A DNA stretch of 64,000 bases, taken from contig CADECF010000007.1 in the NCBI GenBank assembly GCA_902825775.1, positions 50,457 to 114,456 of the forward strand, given 5' to 3'. A program made the position numbers and the translations under genes. The stretch's first letter is position 1, and the number at the start of each line of letters is the position of its first letter. The notes beneath the pieces are model-generated. The model had not been told where the DNA came from and did no database searches. It was given only the letters and a program-made list of their open reading frames with translations. This DNA is from an uncultured Lysobacteraceae bacterium (GTDB taxonomy: Bacteria > Pseudomonadota > Gammaproteobacteria > Xanthomonadales > Xanthomonadaceae). This document shows, one piece after another, positions 7,861 to 16,603 of this stretch.

Positions 7861-10848
7861 ATGCGCGCGCCCGCTCCGAAAGAGCCAGCCATCAACACCT
7901 CGCCCTCGCCGGGCGACGACGTCAAGACGACCACGTGCTACATGTGCGCGTGCCGTTGCGGCATCAAGGTGTGGCTGACCGACGGCAAGATCCGTTACAT
8001 CCAGGGCAATCCCTCGCATCCGGTCAACCAGGGCGTGATTTGCGCCAAGGGCGCGTCCGGGATCATGCAGCACTATTCGCCGGCGCGGCTGGACAAGCCG
8101 ATGTTGCGCGTGGGCGAGCGCGGCAGCGGCGAGTTCCGCGAGATCGAATGGGAAGAAGCCCTGCAGATCGCCACCGGCTGGCTCGCGCCGATCCGCGAAC
8201 GCAATCCCGACGAGCTGGCCTTCTTCACCGGCCGCGACCAGTCGCAGGCGCTGACCGGCTGGTGGGCGCAGCAGTTCGGCACGATCAACTACGCCGCGCA
8301 CGGCGGTTTCTGCTCGGTCAACATGGCCGCCGGCGGTTTGTACACGCTCGGCGGCAGCTTCTGGGAATTCGGCGAGCCGGATTGGGAACACGCGCGCTAC
8401 TTCATGCTGTGGGGCGTGGCCGAAGACCACGACTCCAATCCGATCAAGCTCGGCCTGGGCCGATTGAAGGCCAGCGGCGCCAAGATCGTCGCGGTCAATC
8501 CGGTGCGCACCGGCTACGGCGCGATCGCCGACGAATGGATCGGCATCCGGCCCGGCACCGACGGCTTGTTCGCGTTCGCGCTGATCCACGAACTGCTGCG
8601 GATGGATCGGATCGATCTGGATTACCTGGTGCGTTATGCGAATGCGCATTGGCTGGTGATCCGCAATCCGGGCGGCGCGGACGATGGATTGTTCGCGCGC
8701 GATGCCGATGGCAATCCGCTGTGCTGGGATCGCGACGCCTCGGCCCCTCCCCTTTCGCGCAGCGAAGGGGGAGGTTGGGAAGGGGTAAACCAGTCGCAGC
8801 AAGACTCACCGCCGGCGAAAGGCACCCCTCCCCAACCCTCCCCTTCGCTGCGCGAAAGGGAGGGAGCTCAAGCACGAGCGGACGCTATCGGGATTTCGCC
8901 GGCGATCGTGGGCGAATACGTACTCGAAGACGGACGTCGCGCGGTCCCCGTCTTCCAACTCATCGCCGAACGCTACCTCGACCCGCAATACGCGCCCGAT
9001 GCCGTCGCCGAGCGCTGCGGCATTCCCGCCGACACCATCCGCCGCATCGCGCGCGAGCTGGCGCAGGCCGCCTTCGAAAGCAATCTCAGCTTGCCTATCG
9101 CCTGGACCGATGCGTGGGGCCGCGAGCACAGCGAGATGGTCGGCCGCCCGGTCGCGATGCATGCGATGCGCGGCATCAGCGCGCACAGCAACGGCTTCCA
9201 TACCTGCCGCGCGCTGCATCTGCTGCAACTGCTGCTGGGCGCGGTGGACGCGCCCGGTTCGTTCCGCTATCAGCCGCCGTTCCCCAAGCCGATCGCGCCG
9301 CCCAACCGACCCGGCAAGACGCGCAAGGACAACGGCGCGCTCGACGCACCGCCGTTGGGCTTCGTGCATGCGCCCGAAGATCTGCTGGTGGATGCGCAAG
9401 GCCAGCCGCGCCGCATCGACCACGCGTTCTCGTGGCGCTACCCGCTGGCCGCGCACGGCATGCTGCATACCGTGATCCGCAACGCCCATGCCGGCGATCC
9501 GCATCCCATCGACACGCTGCTGATGTTCATGGCCAATATGAGCTGGAATTCGGCGATGAACACCCGCGAGACGATGGGTTGGCTCACCGACAAGCGCGAC
9601 GACGGCGAATACCGGATCCCGCGCATCATCTATTCCGACGCCTACGCTTCGGAGATGGTCGCGTATGCCGACCTCGTGCTGCCGGATACGACTTATCTGG
9701 AACGCCACGACTGCATCAGTCTGCTCGACCGTCCGATCTCCGACGCCGACGGCGCGGCCGATGCGATCCGGCATCCGGTCTTCGACCCGGCGACGCAACG
9801 CGAGGGCCGAGACGTTCGCGGCTTCCAATCCGTATTGCTGGATCTCGGCGCGCGGCTCGGCCTGCCCGGCATGGTGCATGCCGACGGCTCGCCGCTGTAC
9901 CGCGACTACGCCGACTACATCGTCCGCCACGAACGCGCGCCGGGCGTGGGCCTGCTGGCCGGGTGGCGCGGGGCGGACGGCACGCAGCACGGCAAAGGCG
10001 CGCCGAATCCGCAACAGATGCAGCGCTACATCGACAACGGCGGTTTCTGGCGCGAAGAAATTCCCGAACATGCGCGCTATTTCAAGATGGCCAACCGCGG
10101 CTATCTGGAATGGGCGCAGCGTTTCGGCTTCGTCGGATCCACCGAACCGATCGTGCTGCAGCTGTATTCGGAAACGCTGCAGAAATTCCGGCTGGCCGCG
10201 CAGGGCCATGGCGCGCAGCAGCCTCCAGCGGAACAGCGCGAGCGCGTAGCGACGTATTTCGATCCGCTGCCGATCTGGTATGAACCCTTCGAAGGGGCCG
10301 AAATCGATGCGGTGGACCGCAAGTACCCGCTCTCCGCCATCACCCAGCGCCCGATGTTCATGTACCACGCCTGGGGTTCGCAGAACGCGTGGCTGCGGCA
10401 GATCGCGGCGCGCAATTACCTGTATCTGCATCCGGACGCCGGCGCGAAGTACGGCATCACCGACCTGGATTGGGTCGCGGTGAATTCGCATCACGGCGAA
10501 ATCACGGTGCAGGCAAAATTCGCCCGCAATATGCAGCCCGATACCGTGTGGAGCTGGAATGCGATCGGCAAGCGCAAAGGCGCTTGGCGTCTTGCGAAGA
10601 ATGCGCCGGAAGGCGAGAAAGGCTTCCTGCTGAATCATCTGATCTCCGACAAATTGCCCAAAAGCGATTACGCGAACGCCGATCCGGTCACCGGCCAGGC
10701 GGCCTGGTTCGATCTGCGCGTCGATATCCGCAAGGTCGGCGATGCGGCTATGGAATCGAAACCTCAGTTCATGCCGATATCGTTCGGCGAGGGCGACGAA
10801 AAACCGCTTCGCTACGGCGCGCAGGCGCGCAAGAAGGCGCACGGATGA
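7861..10848 (+). CDS. Molybdopterin (bis-MGD) oxidoreductase catalytic subunit, no Tat signal (SoeA/PsrA-like)
   Basis: Met 36 of the 1030-aa track ORF. N-terminal FeS motif CYMCACRCG right after a short leader without a twin-arginine motif. Typical molybdopterin oxidoreductase segments (GVICAKG, FFTGRD, VAVNPVRT, C-terminal dinucleotide-binding domain). ATGA overlap with the FeS subunit gene. Confidence 0.85.
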   Translation: MRAPAPKEPAINTSPSPGDDVKTTTCYMCACRCGIKVWLTDGKIRYIQGNPSHPVNQGVICAKGASGIMQHYSPARLDKPMLRVGERGSGEFREIEWEEALQIATGWLAPIRERNPDELAFFTGRDQSQALTGWWAQQFGTINYAAHGGFCSVNMAAGGLYTLGGSFWEFGEPDWEHARYFMLWGVAEDHDSNPIKLGLGRLKASGAKIVAVNPVRTGYGAIADEWIGIRPGTDGLFAFALIHELLRMDRIDLDYLVRYANAHWLVIRNPGGADDGLFARDADGNPLCWDRDASAPPLSRSEGGGWEGVNQSQQDSPPAKGTPPQPSPSLREREGAQARADAIGISPAIVGEYVLEDGRRAVPVFQLIAERYLDPQYAPDAVAERCGIPADTIRRIARELAQAAFESNLSLPIAWTDAWGREHSEMVGRPVAMHAMRGISAHSNGFHTCRALHLLQLLLGAVDAPGSFRYQPPFPKPIAPPNRPGKTRKDNGALDAPPLGFVHAPEDLLVDAQGQPRRIDHAFSWRYPLAAHGMLHTVIRNAHAGDPHPIDTLLMFMANMSWNSAMNTRETMGWLTDKRDDGEYRIPRIIYSDAYASEMVAYADLVLPDTTYLERHDCISLLDRPISDADGAADAIRHPVFDPATQREGRDVRGFQSVLLDLGARLGLPGMVHADGSPLYRDYADYIVRHERAPGVGLLAGWRGADGTQHGKGAPNPQQMQRYIDNGGFWREEIPEHARYFKMANRGYLEWAQRFGFVGSTEPIVLQLYSETLQKFRLAAQGHGAQQPPAEQRERVATYFDPLPIWYEPFEGAEIDAVDRKYPLSAITQRPMFMYHAWGSQNAWLRQIAARNYLYLHPDAGAKYGITDLDWVAVNSHHGEITVQAKFARNMQPDTVWSWNAIGKRKGAWRLAKNAPEGEKGFLLNHLISDKLPKSDYANADPVTGQAAWFDLRVDIRKVGDAAMESKPQFMPISFGEGDEKPLRYGAQARKKAHG
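8743..8868. repeat. MITE-like palindromic element inserted in frame within the catalytic-subunit gene
   Basis: Arms of about 40 nt are reverse complements (CCCCTCCCCTTTCGCGCAGCGAAGGGGGAGGTTGGGAAGGGG / CCCCTCCCCAACCCTCCCCTTCGCTGCGCGAAAGGGAGGG). Translates to low-complexity PPLSRSEGGGWEGVNQSQQDSPPAKGTPPQPSPSLREREG (ORF residues about 330-371). Confidence 0.8.
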
Positions 10849-11705
10849 CCGCGCTGCCTCCGCCGTCGAAGAAGAAACTCGGCCTGGTGATCGACCTGGA
10901 TACCTGCGTCGGCTGCCACGCCTGCGCGACCAGTTGCAAAGAATGGAATTCGGGCGGCATCGCCGGGCCGCTGACCGACGAGAACCCTTACGGCAAGGAT
11001 CCGAGCGGCGTCTGGTTCAACCGCGTGCACAGCTACGAAGTCGCGCCGTTGCTTTCCCTTCTCCCATCGGGAGAAGGTGCCCGAAGGGCGGATGAGAGTT
11101 CGGAGTACGACGCCAGTCGGAACGCCGTCGCTTCGCCGAACCCTCACCCCAACCCCTCTCCCGGAGGGAGAGGGGCTATAACAGCCGTGCAACCGGCGAT
11201 GACGTTGCACTTCCCGCGATCGTGCCTGCACTGCGAAACGCCGGCCTGCGTCACCGTCTGCCCGACCGGCGCGAGCTACAAGCGCGCCGAGGACGGCATC
11301 GTGCTGGTCGACGAAGACAAGTGCATCGGCTGCAAGCTGTGCAGCTGGGCCTGTCCGTACGGCGCGCGCGAGTATTCGCACGTCGAAGGCGTGATGAAGA
11401 AATGCACGTTGTGCGTGGACCGCATCTACAACCAGAACCTGGACGAAAGCGAGCGCCAGCCGGCCTGCGTGCAGGCCTGCCCGACCAAGGCGCGGCACTT
11501 CGGCGATTTGGGCGATCCGGAATCGAAGGTGTCCAAACTCGTGGCCGAGCGCGCCGGCGTGGCTTTGATGCCGGAGCTGGGCTATCAGCCGGTCAATCGC
11601 TACCTGCCGCCGCGGCCGCGGCGTGGCGCCGGAGAAGAAGCGGCCGACAGCCCGTCTCAGGCGTCTTCGCCGATACACTGGCTCGACCGGATATTGAAAC
11701 GCTGA
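10845..11705 (+). CDS. 4Fe-4S ferredoxin-type electron-transfer subunit (SoeB/PsrB/DmsB-like)
   Basis: Met 153 of track ORF 10389..11705. Four Cys clusters (CVGCHACATSC, CLHCETPACVTVCP, CIGCKLCSWACP, CTLCVDR...CVQACP). ATGA overlap with the upstream gene. Confidence 0.85.
   Translation: MTALPPPSKKKLGLVIDLDTCVGCHACATSCKEWNSGGIAGPLTDENPYGKDPSGVWFNRVHSYEVAPLLSLLPSGEGARRADESSEYDASRNAVASPNPHPNPSPGGRGAITAVQPAMTLHFPRSCLHCETPACVTVCPTGASYKRAEDGIVLVDEDKCIGCKLCSWACPYGAREYSHVEGVMKKCTLCVDRIYNQNLDESERQPACVQACPTKARHFGDLGDPESKVSKLVAERAGVALMPELGYQPVNRYLPPRPRRGAGEEAADSPSQASSPIHWLDRILKR
11046..11183. repeat. Palindromic repeat element inserted in frame within the FeS-subunit gene
   Basis: Hairpins CCTTCTCCC-ATC-GGGAGAAGG and CCCCTCTCCC-GGA-GGGAGAGGGG plus CCCTCACCCCAACCCC, the same modules seen intergenically at 17323-17598. 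Translates to PLLSLLPSGEGARRADESSEYDASRNAVASPNPHPNPSPGGRGAIT between FeS cluster motifs. Confidence 0.8.
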
Positions 11706-11746
11706 GCGCGTCACGGTTCGGAGTTGCAGTCGGTTGCTGCTTTTAA

Positions 11747-11864
11747 GCCGTCATTCCCGCGAAGGCGGGAATCCAGTGACTTTTCTTTTGCGTTTCCAGT
11801 ACTTTGTCTTCCTGAAAACCAAGAGCCGAAGTCGCTGGATTCCCGCCTTCGCGGGAATGACGGC
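11747..11864. repeat. Inverted pair of GTCATTCCCGCGAAGGCGGGAATCCAG-type hairpin repeats
   Basis: GCCGTCATTCCCGCGAAGGCGGGAATCCAGTGAC and its reverse complement GTCGCTGGATTCCCGCCTTCGCGGGAATGACGGC, separated by about 50 nt. Lies between the FeS and membrane-anchor genes. Confidence 0.85.
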
Positions 11865-11908
11865 CTTGACAGCAACGGCAATAAAGCAAGAAGCAGGAAC
11901 GCGAACCC

Positions 11909-12868
11909 ATGCACCCCGCCCTCTCCGTCATCTTCTTCACCACGCTCTCCGGCGCCGGCTACGGCCTGCTGGTCTGGTTGGGCATCTCGGCCAGCCTGTT
12001 GCAGTCGCGCGCCACCGTCACGCCTCCGCTCATCTCGATGCAATTGATCGCCGCGGCGCTGGGCGTGATCCTGGTGACGGTGGGCCTGTTGTGCTCGCTC
12101 GGCCATCTGGGCAAACCGCAACGCGCTTGGCGCGCGATGTCGCAATGGCGCACGTCGTGGCTGTCGCGCGAGGGCGTGCTCTCGCTGCTGACCTACCTGC
12201 CGGCGCTGGCGATGGTCGCGCTGCTCTGGCGCGGCGAGAAGTCGGCCGATGCGGCAGCGATGATGGCGGTCGCCGGCATGGCCACCGCGTTGCTGGCGCT
12301 GGCGACGATCGCATGCACTGCGATGATCTACGCCTCGCTCAAGCCGATCCCGGCCTGGACCCATCCGCTCGTGTTGCCGGGCTATTTGTTGTTCGCGTTG
12401 CTCGGCGGCGCGGCCCTGCTGTTCCTGCTGATGCTGTGGCGGTTGCCCGATGCGCAGACCGCCGGCGGCATGTCGAAGATCCTGGCGGTGCTCGGCGTGC
12501 TGGCCGCGCTGCTGAAACTTTTGTACTGGCACGAAACCGACCGCAACGGCCGGCTGCCTACGCTCGGCGCCGCGGTCGGCCTGCCCGGACGCGAGGTGGA
12601 AGTCTTCGAACGCCCCCATACCGAAGCCAATTTCATCACCAAGGAAATGGTCTTCGTAGTCGCCCGCCAGCATTCGCGCCAGCTGCGCTGGCTGGCGCTG
12701 GGCCTGTTCGCGGGGGTACCGCTGCTGGCGGCCGTGGCCATCGCGGTCTGGCCCAAGGCGGCCGGCGGCTTGTTCCCAGTGATCGTGCTGGCGGTGCTGG
12801 CGGGTACCTTCGTCGAACGCTGGCTGTTTTTCGCCGAGGCTAAACACGCGGTAAGCCGTTACTACTGA
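11909..12868 (+). CDS. DmsC/NrfD-like integral membrane anchor subunit (SoeC/PsrC-like)
   Basis: 319 aa, about eight hydrophobic helices, located directly after the molybdopterin and FeS subunit genes. N-terminus MHPALSVIFFTTLSGAGYG is typical of the DmsC family. Confidence 0.8.
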   Translation: MHPALSVIFFTTLSGAGYGLLVWLGISASLLQSRATVTPPLISMQLIAAALGVILVTVGLLCSLGHLGKPQRAWRAMSQWRTSWLSREGVLSLLTYLPALAMVALLWRGEKSADAAAMMAVAGMATALLALATIACTAMIYASLKPIPAWTHPLVLPGYLLFALLGGAALLFLLMLWRLPDAQTAGGMSKILAVLGVLAALLKLLYWHETDRNGRLPTLGAAVGLPGREVEVFERPHTEANFITKEMVFVVARQHSRQLRWLALGLFAGVPLLAAVAIAVWPKAAGGLFPVIVLAVLAGTFVERWLFFAEAKHAVSRYY

Positions 12869-12946
12869 TTCGGGACCGTGGCCTTGGGATGGTCACGTTT
12901 TGCCTGCATAATGGATATGTAATCGTTTACATCCGAGGACCGCGCC

Positions 12947-13603
12947 ATGCTGGCCGCCTGGTGGTTCGCCGTGATCGGCCAACCGCTGTCACCGCTGCCT
13001 TTGCCCGAACTGCCCGACCAGCCGCTGGCGGTGGCCGTCGAGGCTGCGCGCTTGTCCGCCCTGCCGACCTGCTTCAGTCTGGTCTGCGGCGATGCCGAAT
13101 GGTCCAACCGCAGCTTCCTGCGCTTCGGCCGTGCCGACAAAACCGGTCCCCAGCCGTTGCCGGGTCTACCGCTCTACGGGTTCCAGCTGAATGCGCCGGC
13201 CTCGTCGCGCGACTGGATGGACAGCTATGCCAAGGATTGGCGGGTCGGCGCCCGTTATGGCGTGGCGGCGATCCGGCGTCCGAACACCGAAGTGAGGATG
13301 ATCTTCGGCACCGGCTACCGGCTGCAGCCCTGGGTGGACGACGGCGTCGGGGTCACCGGCCCGGTGGCGCGCGCCAGTCTGGATTTCAGCCAGCGCTTCG
13401 GCGATCGCGCGCGTTGGAGCCAGCAGGTGCAACTGGAAAGCGGACGCAACAACACCACGTTCGTGCGCAATGCGATCAGTTTCGATGTCGAGATCCGGCC
13501 GCAGGTGACGCTCAAATCCGGCGTCGAAACGCGGCGTGCGGCGACCGGCGGCGATGCCACGACCGATACCGAAGGCTCGGTGAAGCTGCAATACGCGTTC
13601 TGA
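12947..13603 (+). CDS. Putative outer-membrane beta-barrel protein (DUF481/YdiY-like)
   Basis: 218 aa with an alternating beta-strand pattern and a C-terminal ...KLQYAF aromatic terminus. There is no convincing signal peptide at this start, so the start or the functionality is uncertain. Confidence 0.45.
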   Translation: MLAAWWFAVIGQPLSPLPLPELPDQPLAVAVEAARLSALPTCFSLVCGDAEWSNRSFLRFGRADKTGPQPLPGLPLYGFQLNAPASSRDWMDSYAKDWRVGARYGVAAIRRPNTEVRMIFGTGYRLQPWVDDGVGVTGPVARASLDFSQRFGDRARWSQQVQLESGRNNTTFVRNAISFDVEIRPQVTLKSGVETRRAATGGDATTDTEGSVKLQYAF

Positions 13604-13610
13604 CCCGTGT

Positions 13611-13750
13611 CTTTGTAGAGCGGGGCTTGCCCCGCTGCTCTTATGTAGGTGCGAATTTATTCGCACGCTCTTTATTCTTCCGGAAAAAGCGTGCGAATAA
13701 ATTCGCACCTACGAAAGCAAGCGCAGCGGAGCAAGCTCCGCTCTACAGAG
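13611..13750. repeat. Nested palindromic REP cluster (units A-B ... B'-A')
   Basis: TGTAGAGCGGGGCTTGCCCCGCTGCTC then TGTAGGTGCGAATTTATTCGCAC, followed by their reverse complements (GTGCGAATAAATTCGCACCTAC, GCAGCGGAGCAAGCTCCGCTCTACA). Sits between convergent genes. Confidence 0.85.
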
Positions 13751-13760
13751 CCGGCTCAGC

Positions 13761-14678
13761 TCAAACGTGTTTGCTGAGCCAATCGCCGGCGCCCTGATCG
13801 AGCAGCTTCTGCGCGACCTCGATGCCCAAAGCTTCCGCAGCGGCAGTATCGCCCTCGCCGCTCGCGCGCAGCAGACGGCCGTCTTCGACCGAACCGACCA
13901 GCCCTTCCAGCGACAAACGCGAACCGGCCAGTCGCGCATGCGCCGCCACGGGCACGTGGCAGCTGCCGTGCAAGGCGCGGTTCATCGCACGCTCGGCTTC
14001 GACGCGGGTGCGGGTGTCGGCATGGTCCAGCGCCGCGCAGAGCGCTTGCGTTGCGGCATCGCCGCTGCGGCATTCGATGGCGATCGCGCCTTGCGCCGGT
14101 GCAGGCAGCCAGTCCGGCGCGTCCAGGCGCGCGCGGATGCGCGAGGCGAAATCGAGCCGCTGCAAACCGGCGCAAGCCAGGACGATGGCGTCGTAATCGC
14201 CGGCATCGAGCTTGGCCAGCCGCGTGTTGACGTTGCCGCGCAAGTCCAGCAGTTCGAGATCCGGCCGCCGCGCGCGCAATTGCGCCTGCCGGCGCAACGA
14301 CGAAGTGCCCACGCGCGCGCCTTGCGGCAAGGCATCGATCGAAGCGTGAGCGTTGCTGACGAAGGCGTCGGCCGAATCGGCGCGCTCGAGGATCGCGGGC
14401 AGCGCGAAACCGGGCTCCAATGCCATCGGCACGTCCTTGAGCGAATGCACCGCGCAATCGGCCGCGCCGCGCTGCATCGCCACTTCCAATTCCTTCAGGA
14501 ACAGACCCTTGCCGCCGATCGCGGCCAGCGACCGGTCCAGCACCTCGTCGCCGCGCGTGCTCATCGGCACCAGTTCCACCGCGAGGCCGGGATGCGCCGC
14601 GCGCAGCTGCGCGGCGACGTGTTCGCTCTGCCACAACGCGAGCGGGCTTTTGCGGGTTGCGATGCGCAGGACGGCCAT
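13761..14678 (-). CDS. hemC: Hydroxymethylbilane synthase (porphobilinogen deaminase)
   Basis: 305 aa. N-terminus [17 protein letters not shown], cofactor-Cys region [13 protein letters not shown], and the position downstream of algR as in Pseudomonas/Xanthomonas. Confidence 0.95.
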   Translation of the reverse strand: MAVLRIATRKSPLALWQSEHVAAQLRAAHPGLAVELVPMSTRGDEVLDRSLAAIGGKGLFLKELEVAMQRGAADCAVHSLKDVPMALEPGFALPAILERADSADAFVSNAHASIDALPQGARVGTSSLRRQAQLRARRPDLELLDLRGNVNTRLAKLDAGDYDAIVLACAGLQRLDFASRIRARLDAPDWLPAPAQGAIAIECRSGDAATQALCAALDHADTRTRVEAERAMNRALHGSCHVPVAAHARLAGSRLSLEGLVGSVEDGRLLRASGEGDTAAAEALGIEVAQKLLDQGAGDWLSKHV

Positions 14679-14802
14679 GCGCCATTATCGCCCGCGGCTT
14701 CCGCTTTGTAGAGCGGGGCTTGCTCCGCTGCTCTTGCCTTCCAAGCCGTCGCCCTGCGAAGGCGGGCGTCCAGCGACCCTGTCCTGGCCCTGTAGAGCGG
14801 CA

Positions 14803-15534
14803 TCACAGGTGCTTGACGGTTTCCTTCAGCCCGGTCACGCAGCGCCGGCTGACTTCCAGCGGCTGCTTGCCGTGGCGCAGGATCGCGTGCACGTGGCCGT
14901 CCGGCGCGCGCTTGAGCTCGACCAGTTCGTGCCTGGCCACCAGGCAGTTGCGGTGGATGCGCACGAAGCGTTCGCCGAATTCCTCCTCCAGCGACTTCAG
15001 CGACTCCTCGAGCAGATCCTCGCCGCGGGCGTGATGCACCACCACGTATTTCTCGTCGGCTTGCAGATAGTGCACGTCTTCGATGGGGATCAAACGCAGG
15101 CTGCCGCGCATGCGCGCGCACAGATGCGTGCGCAGGCGCGTGCCCGGATGCGCCGCGGCATCGCGTTCGCGGCCGGCGGCGAAAGTGCGTACGCGTTCGA
15201 TAGCGGCGGCCAGGCGTTCGGGGCGCACCGGCTTGAGCAGATAGTCGATCGCCGCCGCTTCGAAAGCCGACAAAGCGTGCGCGTCGTATGCCGTGCAGAA
15301 CACGACCGCCGGACGCGGATCGAACGCGGCCAGATGGCGCGCCGCCTCTAGCCCGTCGATGCCGGGCATCGCGATGTCCAGCAGCACCAGGTCCGGATCG
15401 TGCTCGGCGCAGGCGTGCAGCGCTTCGCGGCCGTCGCCCGCTTCGGCGACCACCTGCACGCCCGCCTGCTCGGCGAGCAGGTCGCGCAGGCGCTCGCGCG
15501 CCAGAGGTTCGTCGTCGGCGATGACTATCTTCAA
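14803..15534 (-). CDS. algR: LytTR-family response regulator (AlgR-like)
   Basis: REC domain (KIVIADDEPLARERL...) plus C-terminal LytTR DNA-binding domain. I prefer the in-frame TTG at 15534 preceded by GAGGGGG. The ATG at 15564 is an alternative start. Confidence 0.88.
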   Translation of the reverse strand: MKIVIADDEPLARERLRDLLAEQAGVQVVAEAGDGREALHACAEHDPDLVLLDIAMPGIDGLEAARHLAAFDPRPAVVFCTAYDAHALSAFEAAAIDYLLKPVRPERLAAAIERVRTFAAGRERDAAAHPGTRLRTHLCARMRGSLRLIPIEDVHYLQADEKYVVVHHARGEDLLEESLKSLEEEFGERFVRIHRNCLVARHELVELKRAPDGHVHAILRHGKQPLEVSRRCVTGLKETVKHL

Positions 15535-15547
15535 AGCGCTGGCCCCC

Positions 15548-16600
15548 TCACGGCCGTCTGACATAACCCAGCGGCAAGCTGAGTTCGCACTCATAGTAGC
15601 CCTCCGCCCAGGCGGCGGTCATCTTGGCGCGCGGCCCGAAAGCATAGGCCAGGCGGTGACCGATATTGCGCTGCGCATGGCCGGCGCCGGCGCCGACCGG
15701 GTTCGGCGCGGCCGGCGCGGGATTGCGGACGCGGATCCGCAGGATGTTTTCGTCGGCCTCGAGCGCGATCTCCACCTTGCCGCCCTCGGGCAGGCGCGAC
15801 ACGCCGTGCAGGACGGCGTTTTCAACCAGCGGCTGCAAGGTCAGCCGCGGCATCGGCAGCGACCAGGGCAGAGGCTCCTGCCGCGTCCATGCGATCGACA
15901 GGCGCTCGCCCAGACGCAGCGATTCGATCGCCAGGTAACGCTCGGCCAATTCCACCTCCTCGGCGAGGCTGGAATTGTTTTCGCCCGCGTCCAGCGCCGC
16001 GCGGAACAGATCGGACAGATCCAGCACCGCGCGCTCGGCGACCGCCGGCTGGCTGCGCAACAGGCTGGCGATCAGGTTCATGCTGTTGAACAGGAAGTGC
16101 GGACGGATGCGCGCCTGCAGCGCATCCGCTTCGGCGCGCGCATTCGCATTGACCTGTGCGCGCCAGCCGTCGATCACATAGAAATAGCGCAACGCCAATG
16201 CGGTGATCAGCGCCACGATCGCGGCACTGCCGCCGACGAAACGCCAGAATCCCGGCAGCGTGTTGCCCTCGCCAGCGACGCTGGCGAACAACGCATGCAC
16301 GATGCCCGCGGCCGCGATCGCCACCGCCGACGCCAGCGCGACGGCCAGCAGCGAACCGGTCCGCGGCGGCCAGCGCGACAGGCTGCGCCGCATCCGGCAC
16401 AGCAGCACCGATACGGTCAGCGCCAGCCACAACGCGAAGCCGCTGGCACGGATGAAGCCGCCGGCATCCCAGCCGCGCACGCCGTCGGGCGCCAGCATCA
16501 CCACCAAGACCGCCAGTTCGGCCAGCCCGAGCAACGTGCCGACGCGATGCAGCCGGCAAAGATCGGGGAACCACAACTCGGCGTTGCGCGATTCGTTCAT
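15548..16600 (-). CDS. algZ: LytS/AlgZ(FimS)-type sensor histidine kinase
   Basis: 350 aa. N-terminal multi-TM region, His-kinase box RPHFLFNSMNLIASLL and a C-terminal HATPase (LVENAVLHG). Immediately upstream of algR. Confidence 0.85.
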   Translation of the reverse strand: MNESRNAELWFPDLCRLHRVGTLLGLAELAVLVVMLAPDGVRGWDAGGFIRASGFALWLALTVSVLLCRMRRSLSRWPPRTGSLLAVALASAVAIAAAGIVHALFASVAGEGNTLPGFWRFVGGSAAIVALITALALRYFYVIDGWRAQVNANARAEADALQARIRPHFLFNSMNLIASLLRSQPAVAERAVLDLSDLFRAALDAGENNSSLAEEVELAERYLAIESLRLGERLSIAWTRQEPLPWSLPMPRLTLQPLVENAVLHGVSRLPEGGKVEIALEADENILRIRVRNPAPAAPNPVGAGAGHAQRNIGHRLAYAFGPRAKMTAAWAEGYYECELSLPLGYVRRP

Positions 16601-16603
16601 GGC

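Noticed and set aside
7935-10283. 782-aa plus-strand ORF, and the 678-aa minus-strand ORF 8806..10842
   Set aside because: These are alternative and antisense frames of the molybdopterin subunit gene, with extreme Arg/Pro/Gly composition and no domain signatures.
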